Origin: a bacterium
GTDB lineage: Bacteria; Patescibacteriota; Patescibacteriia; Veblenbacterales; UBA10138
Length of the DNA: 64,000 nt
Assembly: GCA_020057885.1 (NCBI GenBank)
Contig: JAGVEX010000019.1
Location: forward strand, 8,165 to 72,164
Direction of reading: 5' to 3'
Positions 1-6,981 of the stretch are shown in pieces. The notes beneath the pieces are model-generated. The model was not told the origin of the DNA. It made no database searches and was given only the letters and a program-made list of their open reading frames with translations. A program made the translations under genes and the position numbers. Position 1 is the first letter of the stretch. Every line of letters begins with the position of its first letter.

Positions 1-646
1 CTGATAAAACCCACGAAGTTGAACCGGAATCAGAAGCTGAACCTGCGACATAAGGAAATCCGCCGTCGCTATTTTGCGTTTGATGCAAATATTGTAAGGC
101 GGCGGTAATTGATGAATCGCTCGCACTTAGGCCAACCTCTTGCAAAGCCATTAAAACCGCGACCGTGTCATTTGTATCGGCACCAGCACCCACGGCATAG
201 CCCCAGCCGCCATCGGTTTCTTGGTGAGCCAAAAGATAATCTTTGGCACCCATTACCACCGTGTCGGTTTGAGGCACGCCTGCCGCGCGCAAGGCTAAAA
301 TTCCCCACGCGTCATCATTTAATAAATTGGTATCGCCAATTTGCCCGCCTTGGGCTAAATCTTTTAAGCCTTGCACTAAATCAGTGCCGGCAAAAGTGCG
401 TGGATTTTCGCCCACGGCCACTATGGCTAAAATTCTTTTGGCGTAATCCGTAGCTAGTGGACCGCTAAAAGTTTTTAAGTAATCTTTGTTCACACTGCTC
501 TCACCGCCAGCGACCAACGCCATGGTTATCCATTCATTTGGCGTTTGTGATTTTAAATAAGTAACAGCGCTGGAAGTACCGGCTTGCAAAGCCAAGGACG
601 GCACAACAAGCGCGAGGGTGAGTAGGAAGATGAAAATTTTCCGCAT
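1..646 (-). CDS. Secreted prenyltransferase/squalene-oxidase-repeat (terpenoid cyclase-like alpha-alpha toroid) protein, 3'-partial. Start codon is at 644-646 and the gene continues beyond the window start.
   Basis: Reverse-strand translation from the ATG at 646 reads MRKIFIFLLTLALVVPSLALQA (signal peptide). Repeated QxxDGGWG-type motifs follow (HQETDGGWGY, QNSDGGFPY). It is not in the ORF track because it is cut by the window edge. The + ORF 109..453 on the opposite strand is spurious. Confidence 0.6.
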   Translation of the reverse strand, partial: MRKIFIFLLTLALVVPSLALQAGTSSAVTYLKSQTPNEWITMALVAGGESSVNKDYLKTFSGPLATDYAKRILAIVAVGENPRTFAGTDLVQGLKDLAQGGQIGDTNLLNDDAWGILALRAAGVPQTDTVVMGAKDYLLAHQETDGGWGYAVGAGADTNDTVAVLMALQEVGLSASDSSITAALQYLHQTQNSDGGFPYVAGSASDSGSTSWVLS

Positions 647-697
647 AAGAATAAATTAAATAATAATTAGAATAATGAATTAAGAATTATGAATGGC

Positions 698-729
698 GAA
701 TAAAAATCCCCGCTTTCGTAAGCGGGGAT
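698..729 (-). terminator. Rho-independent terminator on the minus strand. Hairpin is at 706-729, followed on the minus strand by a T-run.
   Basis: The minus strand reads GTACCATCCCCGCTTACGAAAGCGGGGATTTTTATTC, a GC-rich stem plus U-tract. It lies directly 3' of the structured RNA described below. Confidence 0.6.
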
Positions 730-732
730 GGT

Positions 733-1110
733 ACAAAAAGCACGGTTAGGGCTTATTTGAACCACCATGAACCACGCAGGGTTCATGGTGTCTGTACCCA
801 ATGCGGTACAGACACCTCCTTTCTCGCGAAGGAAGATTGATAAGGAATACTCCCTAAACTACATAGGGTTTAGGGTTCCACATCCGCTAAAGCGAATGTG
901 GAAAACAATTCAGTAATCGGGCTTGTCAACTTAGAGAGATCAATCTGCTGGTTTTTATGTCCAGCTGGACATAAAAACCCAATTAACAATGATACTCTAA
1001 ATCGAAATACCGTAGCGGGACTGCGCCGGACTCTCCATCCTCGATGGACCACCGGACTTCCCTGAAATGTTGGATAAAATTTGAAAAAACCTTACAAATC
1101 TTTTAAAAAA
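733..1110 (-). ncRNA. rnpB: Putative RNase P RNA (divergent, bacterial-type). The 5' boundary is uncertain.
   Basis: The minus strand contains CAGGGAAGTCCGGTGGTCC, which matches the universal P4/J3-4 motif AGGAAAGUCCGGGCUCC at 15 of 17 positions. The roughly 350-nt region is full of perfect hairpins (GGACATAAAAACC..GGTTTTTATGTCC; GGTGTCTGTACC..GGTACAGACACC; CACCATGAACC..GGTTCATGGTG). It ends in ...AAGCCCTAACCGTGCTT, a possible P4 3' strand, immediately before a terminator. No protein-coding potential is evident. Confidence 0.45.
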
Positions 1111-1166
1111 TATTAGTTTTACTTTTCAGATCCTACAAACATGATTTTTAATAATTCTAATTGCCA

Positions 1167-2183
1167 TCATTGCAAAATATTATACCTTGCACCAAAAGAA
1201 ATTTTTCTACAGTCCTCACATAATCCTTCATCTCTAAATAAACTTACAGGGTCATAATAATAAGGTTTCATACATTTTTTGCATTTACCATTAGCGATAT
1301 GATATGCTAAATTTCCAACAACAAAAGGACTCATAAAAGCACTTGCTCCTAGAGAATTTGCACCTAATACAACTTGCCCTGAAGTAGAGCTCAAGGCGCC
1401 ACTTACAGATAATCCCTCATTAGGAACATTTTTTAAGACTAAAGAATTAAAGGTGGATTCTGAAATATTTAATTGCCTTTCCTCTTTAATAATTTTCTTT
1501 GTTGCTACCTGTTTTTTAGTAAAATCATTTATGAACTCACCAAAAATAGTAAATAACTTAATTGTTTTTGCATACTTATTAGTAAATTCTTTTTCTAAAA
1601 ATTCATTTACCTTTTTATTGTTTACTTCACTGGCAAAATCACCATCTCCAGAAATTACTATTAAGTCGTCATCTGTATAACGAGCCAAGATTGTTTCCCA
1701 TATAATGGCGTCACCAAATGAATTGTTGTCTTTACGAGGAGGATTCCTTCTTAAAGTACGATAATAAGCTTTTTGAATCACTTCCTCTGTCTCATCTGTT
1801 TTTTCAGCTAGGACAAATAATTGTTTCAGTTTCTGATTTATTTTACTCTGAGGGTTTAAAATTCGTTTATTGTATTCAGCGAGAACTTCCTTACGAATAG
1901 TTTGTATTTTCCTTAACACTTCCTTTAAATCACGAACCCTCCTATAGGATTGCAAAAAAGTCGGTATACTAATATCTTCTATTGATAGCGACTCAAGTTT
2001 TTTTGTATATTCTTTGGAAACATACATTTTGTCTCTAAAAAACTCGTCTTGAATTTGTTTGGGGAGTATTAATTGCGCCTTTTTTTCTTTAATAATTTTA
2101 ATTAAAGAATCTAAAGATACCAAAGATTGGTCACTTAGTCGATAAAAATTCAAGTATATATTAGTATCAATAAGAACTCTCAT
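1167..2183 (-). CDS. PIN-domain (predicted nuclease) protein with a C-terminal Cys4 zinc-ribbon. The gene is AT-rich.
   Basis: The N-terminus MRVLIDTNIY... and a later GDGDF acidic motif are typical of PIN folds. The C-terminus carries CKKC...CEDC. Local GC is about 30%, versus about 45% in the flanking genes. Confidence 0.6.
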   Translation of the reverse strand: MRVLIDTNIYLNFYRLSDQSLVSLDSLIKIIKEKKAQLILPKQIQDEFFRDKMYVSKEYTKKLESLSIEDISIPTFLQSYRRVRDLKEVLRKIQTIRKEVLAEYNKRILNPQSKINQKLKQLFVLAEKTDETEEVIQKAYYRTLRRNPPRKDNNSFGDAIIWETILARYTDDDLIVISGDGDFASEVNNKKVNEFLEKEFTNKYAKTIKLFTIFGEFINDFTKKQVATKKIIKEERQLNISESTFNSLVLKNVPNEGLSVSGALSSTSGQVVLGANSLGASAFMSPFVVGNLAYHIANGKCKKCMKPYYYDPVSLFRDEGLCEDCRKISFGARYNILQ

Positions 2184-2201
2184 AAAAATACATTAAAAAA
2201 A

Positions 2202-2735
2202 TTAATTGCTTTTATGTTCAAAACTATAAATTGAAATGCTTTCCCTTAATGAATGAGCAATTAATAAGTATGCTCCAAATAACACACCAGTGAAAACCAA
2301 ATCCCCTAACATCGTATTTCTAAAAAATGGTAGAGCTAATGTGTAGCAAAGTTGAAGTCCGGCCCAAGTTTTAGGATACCAATCAGCTGTAGCCCATACA
2401 GCAAAGTTTGTGGTGATAAAGAAAAATGTTGACGAAGCCAATGAAGCCAGTAGTAAACGATGTGGTTGCATTTCGCGTAGCCAAGTACCAACAAAAGTCA
2501 TTAACGCAAAACTCGCATACACTGTTAACATCACCGGCAGATGGTAAAAACCGATAATAAAATCCCCGAGCAACATTCCTACAACCGGCACTACAAAAGC
2601 CCACTGGCGCGGCAAAATTGCGCCCGCGAGTAAAGCAACGGCCGCGACAGGCGCTACGTTCCAAACGTGGGGTACAAGGCGGCTAACAACCACTAAAATA
2701 ATTAACAATATACTTATGATTAAATTTTTCTTCAT
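2202..2735 (-). CDS. Polytopic membrane protein (about 5-6 TM helices). It may be a vitamin or B12 transporter S-component-like partner of the upstream DUF4430 protein.
   Basis: The whole 177-aa sequence is hydrophobic. It is co-oriented with, and directly downstream of, the DUF4430 gene. The transporter assignment is inference. Confidence 0.5.
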   Translation of the reverse strand: MKKNLIISILLIILVVVSRLVPHVWNVAPVAAVALLAGAILPRQWAFVVPVVGMLLGDFIIGFYHLPVMLTVYASFALMTFVGTWLREMQPHRLLLASLASSTFFFITTNFAVWATADWYPKTWAGLQLCYTLALPFFRNTMLGDLVFTGVLFGAYLLIAHSLRESISIYSFEHKSN

Positions 2736-2754
2736 ACTGGTAAATTCTGCATTT

Positions 2755-2792
2755 AAATCCTAAATCCTAATATCTAAATCCTAAATAAATCC
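2755..2792 (-). repeat. Short tandem repeat (AGGATTT)n in the 62-bp spacer between the DUF4430 gene and the membrane-protein gene.
   Basis: The minus strand reads GGATTTATTTAGGATTTAGATATTAGGATTTAGGATTT. This gives four AGGATTT units just upstream of the membrane-protein start codon. Confidence 0.5.
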
Positions 2793-2797
2793 AAATT

Positions 2798-3250
2798 TTA
2801 AAATTGCGAAGCACGAAAGGTCCACAATATTGTTTCTCCTCCCTTAAGTTCAAACTTATCCGCGGCCACCATTGGCTGTACGCCATTCACCCAATACTGC
2901 CAATACTTATTGTTTTGTCCGTTTATTTTATCGCCAATTTGTTTCACAAATGCGCCCATAGACGAACTAGCATCGAAATCCAGTTTTAAATTGTTTTGCG
3001 TAGTTACTACTTTTAAAAGTTCCAAAGCATTGGCAGGCTGAGGTAAGGCTAATTTTTCATAACCTGTTATTTTATCGCCGTTATCTATTACTACTACTGC
3101 CGGCAAAGTAACGGGCTTAGCAGTGGAAAATTGAGAGACTGATTCGTTATAAATCTGCGGGCCGGAACCAAGGCTCAACCCAAACAAAAAAATCCCAAAA
3201 GCCGCTACTACGGCCATGCCTACATAAACGATTTTCTGTTTTAAAGACAT
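2798..3250 (-). CDS. Secreted or membrane-anchored DUF4430-family protein (transcobalamin beta-domain-like, putative corrinoid-binding).
   Basis: It has an N-terminal signal anchor (MSLKQKIVYVGMAVVAAFGIFLFGL) and a conserved C-terminal ...GGETILWTFRAS signature typical of DUF4430. Confidence 0.65.
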   Translation of the reverse strand: MSLKQKIVYVGMAVVAAFGIFLFGLSLGSGPQIYNESVSQFSTAKPVTLPAVVVIDNGDKITGYEKLALPQPANALELLKVVTTQNNLKLDFDASSSMGAFVKQIGDKINGQNNKYWQYWVNGVQPMVAADKFELKGGETILWTFRASQF

Positions 3251-3271
3251 ATAATTTGCTATAATATTAAC

Positions 3272-3820
3272 GTGAATATTTATACTAAAACTGGAGATAA
3301 AGGCGAAAGCAGTCTTTATGGCGGAGAACGCCGCACTAAGGACGATCTTAGATTTGAGGCCTACGGCACGGTGGATGAGCTAAACGCTACTTTAGGTTTG
3401 GCTCTGGCGCAAGAGGGCGCGGCTGATTATCTTAAACGCTTGCTGGAAATTCAACAGGAATTATTCACTATCGGCTCCGAGCTCGCTTGCCCGCCAGACA
3501 AAAATGTTTCTGAGCTTAAACTAGTAGATGAATTCGAAGTAAAATCTTTAGAGGATGATATGGATAAACTAGGAACCGAGCTCCAGCCTTTACAAAATTT
3601 TATTTTACCGGGTGGCAGTAGCTTAAGCACTCATTTGCATTTGGCCCGCACTGTTTGCCGACGCGCCGAACGCGCGGCAGTGCGCTTGAATAAAATTGAA
3701 CCAGTGCGGCCAGTGTTATTGCAATTCCTTAACCGCTTAAGCGATTACCTGTTTGTAGTGGCACGACATGCTAATCAAACATTAGGTAAAAACGAACTTA
3801 TTTGGCCGGGACGCAACTAA
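3272..3820 (+). CDS. pduO: PduO-type ATP:cob(I)alamin adenosyltransferase, with a GTG start.
   Basis: The N-terminus (M)NIYTKTGDKGESSLYGGERRTKDDLRFEAYGTVDELNATLG is the canonical PduO/MMAB motif. An extended -10 TGCTATAAT ends about 7 nt before the GTG. Confidence 0.85.
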   Translation: MNIYTKTGDKGESSLYGGERRTKDDLRFEAYGTVDELNATLGLALAQEGAADYLKRLLEIQQELFTIGSELACPPDKNVSELKLVDEFEVKSLEDDMDKLGTELQPLQNFILPGGSSLSTHLHLARTVCRRAERAAVRLNKIEPVRPVLLQFLNRLSDYLFVVARHANQTLGKNELIWPGRN

Positions 3821-3846
3821 AAATTAAGCATCATTTTTTATTTTTA

Positions 3847-3879
3847 CCACACTCTCGCGGGCGAGCGAGAGTGGTTTTT
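3847..3879. terminator. Bidirectional intrinsic terminator between the convergent pduO and nrdJ genes.
   Basis: CCACACTCTCGCGGGCGAGCGAGAGTGG is followed by TTTTT on the plus strand. The minus strand has an A/T-run after the same hairpin. Confidence 0.6.
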
Positions 3880-3885
3880 AGTTTT

Positions 3886-6183
3886 TTACTTTAATTCACA
3901 CGCTCCAGAAACGCAGGCCAGCTCTTTGGAACCTTCGGTTTGATCTTCGTACTCATAAGTCACTATTTTGGAAAAATCAATCTCCGGGAACTGGCTAGCC
4001 ATCTCCTCATATTTTTCTTTAGTAATTTCTTCATAAGGCGCTAATTGATAAACATGTTCATCGCGCGGCAAAAAGGAAAGCCCACCCACCAAATCCCAAC
4101 TTTCATAAACCCAACTGCCTACTTTAAGCCATTCGTCGCCGCCGACTGAAATGGTAACGGAAGGATTGTGCTCGGTATATTTGGTTTTAAGCATTTTCCA
4201 GTGTGCCAAAAGATCCATGGCGGAAACATCACGCCGCACAATAGCGCCCGTGGGCGACTTAATAGGGAATTCCAGCACAAAAGTATTGGCGGTAGTTTCA
4301 GTTTGGCCTACTTCGGGATGATAAGTTACACCCATATCTTTAAGCATCATAAACAAAGGATTGTGTTTTTCAATACGGACGCGGCGAATATAGTAAGGCG
4401 CGTGCCTGGGGTGCATACCTGAAGATGAATCAAACAACTGTGATCCATTGCCCGAAGGTTTAACGCAAGTGATAGCCGTGGCTGGATTAATGCCAAAACG
4501 TTTGGCATATTCTTTGTTAACCTCAATAGCCAACTCACGCATCTTGTTAAGTGTTTCCGGATTACGCACCGCCGGACAATCCCACTGCCCGGTAATAGAA
4601 ACTCCCAAAAGCGCTTCTTGCTCACAATGGTCTTTCCACTCCGGCGAAAGATAGGGAAAGTTTGTTAAGCTGGCCTGATAAGTACCGAGGATAGTAGCAA
4701 TGCGAACTTTTTTAAGCAGGGTGGCTTCGGTATCTTCGGCGCGGGCCACTACTTCTGATAAATTACAAAATTGTTTTGACTTTAAAATTATTTCGCCGCA
4801 CGGATTTACGCCGCAAGTTTGATAATCCGGCTGGAACAAAGGCCAGCGACGAGCGGGAAGTTGCTTTTCCAAACTGCCGCGGTTATAAATACCACGCTCA
4901 CCCGAACCGGACTTTACTAAATTAAACCACTCGTCCATAAATTGAGTAAGCGGTGGTTTGGCGTTATACACCGCGGAATTGTTGGCCATACTGCGCTCGG
5001 GATGCGTTAAGTAAAATTGACCATTTTTAGCTTCACGCATTTCTTGATCATCTATATCAGAAATTGATATTAAAGCGGAACGCCTTACTCCTCCCATTAC
5101 TACCACTTCGCCAATTTTACAAACAATATCGTGCACATCAATAGTGGTTAAGTGTCGCCCCTGGCGTGAAAGAAGCTTAGCGCGCGTAAAATCTAGTAAC
5201 GCCTTTAAAGGACCTGGGCCTGAGGCGCGGCCTCCCATAGTTTTTAACCGAGAACCTTGCGGACGGATTTGCGAATAATCAAAATCAATATCTTTACCGG
5301 TGGCCCAAGTATTAAGTCCGAGTGCCAAAGCATCGCTCCAGCCTTCTTTGCTATCTTTTACTATGTGAGTAAAAAGTTTAACATTGCTTTGGCGTTTAAT
5401 AATAGGGAGCATTTCCACGGTCTGCCGCTCCACCGAAAAACCAGCGCCGGTGCCGCACATTAAAATGTACATAATTTCCGCAAAATCCTGCCAGCAGGTA
5501 GGCGCTACAAAAGAACAATTATAAGCGCAAACATTGGTAGCGCGAGCGGCTTGGCCAGCCCCCCACAACAAACGCATAGAACCAAGCGCTTCCATTTTTA
5601 ACATTGATTCTTTGATTTCGGTATATTCACCCTCGGTTAATTTGGTACCCAAAATTTCACGCATAAAATCAAGGTAGCGTAAAACTGTTTCTACCCAAGT
5701 TTCGCGACGCTGTGCATTGGGCAACCATTTAGAATAAGTGCTGTAATAAACAAACTCAGCAAGCTGGTTGCGAAAATATTTTTTACTCTCTTGGGCGAGC
5801 TGGCGAACTTCGGTGGGAATTTCGCGGCGAACTTTTCTTAGTTTAGCGTGCTCTTCACGATAAAGAATATAAACTTTAGCAGTTTTAAACCATTTAGAAC
5901 GCATTAACACAAGTTCCACAATATCCTGCACCTGCTCTACGGTGGGAGTAATATGACCATCGTACAAAGCTTCTAACTCCTCTGCTACTTTAAAAGCCAA
6001 ACGCGCCGCTTCGTCACGTTTGAATTCTTTTGTTTCGAGACCAGCTTTGGTTATAGCCTCCACAATTTTCTTAGGATCAAAATCAACCAACCGACCATCA
6101 CGCTTAATAATATGACTTAATTTTTTATCTTTCGCTCCACTACTAACAGTGGTGGTGGAACTAGCGTGACTTGGATTAGGCAT
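3886..6183 (-). CDS. nrdJ: Adenosylcobalamin-dependent (class II) ribonucleotide reductase with an N-terminal ATP-cone.
   Basis: The ATP-cone reads IIKRDGRLVDFDPKKIVEAI. The active site reads GVNPCGEIIL...FCNLSEV (NPCGE). A C-terminal Cys pair (CVSGAC) is present. No NrdB/F gene is adjacent, and the gene is flanked by nrdR and B12-handling genes. Confidence 0.8.
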   Translation of the reverse strand: MPNPSHASSTTTVSSGAKDKKLSHIIKRDGRLVDFDPKKIVEAITKAGLETKEFKRDEAARLAFKVAEELEALYDGHITPTVEQVQDIVELVLMRSKWFKTAKVYILYREEHAKLRKVRREIPTEVRQLAQESKKYFRNQLAEFVYYSTYSKWLPNAQRRETWVETVLRYLDFMREILGTKLTEGEYTEIKESMLKMEALGSMRLLWGAGQAARATNVCAYNCSFVAPTCWQDFAEIMYILMCGTGAGFSVERQTVEMLPIIKRQSNVKLFTHIVKDSKEGWSDALALGLNTWATGKDIDFDYSQIRPQGSRLKTMGGRASGPGPLKALLDFTRAKLLSRQGRHLTTIDVHDIVCKIGEVVVMGGVRRSALISISDIDDQEMREAKNGQFYLTHPERSMANNSAVYNAKPPLTQFMDEWFNLVKSGSGERGIYNRGSLEKQLPARRWPLFQPDYQTCGVNPCGEIILKSKQFCNLSEVVARAEDTEATLLKKVRIATILGTYQASLTNFPYLSPEWKDHCEQEALLGVSITGQWDCPAVRNPETLNKMRELAIEVNKEYAKRFGINPATAITCVKPSGNGSQLFDSSSGMHPRHAPYYIRRVRIEKHNPLFMMLKDMGVTYHPEVGQTETTANTFVLEFPIKSPTGAIVRRDVSAMDLLAHWKMLKTKYTEHNPSVTISVGGDEWLKVGSWVYESWDLVGGLSFLPRDEHVYQLAPYEEITKEKYEEMASQFPEIDFSKIVTYEYEDQTEGSKELACVSGACELK

Positions 6184-6253
6184 AAATATTTTTTGGTTAA
6201 TTGATTTTAAGTTTTATCTATCTGCTCATAAGGGCAGTGAATTATCTTTACAC

Positions 6254-6718
6254 TTACCGGCTAGTTGGTACACGACGCAAACCTTTAAGTTCGCGCGTGA
6301 AACTTTCCACGTCTTGAAAGGAACGGTAGACACTGGCAAAACGAATGTAGGCCACCTGATCAAAATTTTTAAGACGCTTCATTACAATTTCGCCAATTTC
6401 ACGCGAGGTAAGTTCTAGTTTACGTTTTTTTTGAATATCGCGCTCAATTTTTTGCACTAAACCCTTAAAAGCCTCAGCCGTATGTGGACGTTTTTCTAAA
6501 GAATGCTTTAGACCAGCCACTAACTTATCTTTACTGTAAGGCTCGTGCCGACCATCGCGCTTAACAACCGTCAGATCCAAAATTTCACTTTCTTCTACGG
6601 TAGAAAAACGAAAATTGCATTTAGTGCATTCACGGCGGCGGCGGATGCTAAAACCATCAGTGGAAACACGTGAATCTGATACTTTAGTGTCGCAATAATT
6701 GCACAAAGGACAGTGCAT
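6254..6718 (-). CDS. nrdR: Transcriptional repressor NrdR (zinc ribbon plus ATP-cone).
   Basis: MHCPLCNYCDTKVSDSRVSTDGFSIRRRRECTKCNFRFSTVE is the hallmark NrdR N-terminus. The protein is 154 aa. Confidence 0.9.
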   Translation of the reverse strand: MHCPLCNYCDTKVSDSRVSTDGFSIRRRRECTKCNFRFSTVEESEILDLTVVKRDGRHEPYSKDKLVAGLKHSLEKRPHTAEAFKGLVQKIERDIQKKRKLELTSREIGEIVMKRLKNFDQVAYIRFASVYRSFQDVESFTRELKGLRRVPTSR

Positions 6719-6734
6719 AGTTTTTTAGCACCAA

Positions 6735-6789
6735 CCACTATATGTAGTAGTACTATGATAAATTGTACCTCTATATATGGGGTTGTCAA
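6735..6789 (-). promoter_or_regulatory. The nrdR promoter on the minus strand (-35 TTGACA at 6784-6789, 16-nt spacer, -10 TACAAT at 6762-6767), with two NrdR-box-like palindromes.
   Basis: On the minus strand, box 2 (CCCCATATATAGAGGT) sits inside the -35/-10 spacer. Box 1 (ACTACTACATATAGTGGT) lies downstream of the -10. The box centres are about 32 bp apart. Both resemble the NrdR consensus acaCwAtATaTwGtgt. Confidence 0.55.
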
Positions 6790-6910
6790 AAATTGAACAA
6801 ACCCTTATTTTGCAGGCATTTACCGTGCTCTAGGTTGCCAGTAAGACAATGGTTGTGGATAACATTAGCTTGAATATTAAAATGGGCAAGTGGGTATTAA
6901 ATCTACAACT

Positions 6911-6938
6911 AAAAAAGCCCCAGAATTAACTGGGACTT
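6911..6938 (-). terminator. Intrinsic terminator downstream of ftsZ.
   Basis: The minus strand reads AAGTCCCAGTTAATTCTGGGGCTTTTTT. Confidence 0.5.
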
Positions 6939-6981
6939 TAAATATTTACTTATTTAAGTGTCGTAAAATAATGAAGCTTTG

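Noticed and set aside
109-453. 114-aa plus-strand ORF at the window start.
   Set aside because: It lies antisense to a much better-supported minus-strand gene (prenyltransferase-repeat protein with signal peptide). Its Pro/Arg-rich composition is typical of antisense frames.
870-1052. 60-aa minus-strand ORF, and the possibility of a tmRNA in this region.
   Set aside because: The ORF sits inside a hairpin-dense non-coding RNA. No tmRNA hallmarks were seen: no tRNA-like GGTTCGANTCC/ACCA 3' end, and no tag reading frame ending in ...ALAA. The P4-like motif favours RNase P instead.
2383-2664. 93-aa ORF nested inside the membrane-protein gene, in another frame of the same strand.
   Set aside because: It is fully overlapped by the longer hydrophobic ORF, and Cys/Arg-rich, out-of-frame composition is typical of frame artefacts.
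3251-3271. Looked for a cobalamin riboswitch upstream of the DUF4430/transporter operon.
   Set aside because: Only 21 bp separate the divergent genes, so there is no room for a ~200-nt B12 element. No B12-box (core ...GCCACTG...) was seen nearby.
3886-6183. Considered class I NrdA instead of class II NrdJ, because of the C-terminal CVSGAC and the ~760-aa length.
   Set aside because: The active site reads NPCGE, typical of class II, rather than the NLC.E of class I. No nrdB/nrdF is adjacent, and B12-handling genes flank it. This remains checkable by phylogeny.
6184-6253. Possible additional NrdR box between nrdR and nrdJ (AGTGTAAAGATAATTCACT).
   Set aside because: The palindrome polarity (GTGT...CAC) is opposite to the NrdR consensus (ACAC...GTGT), and the centre is poor.
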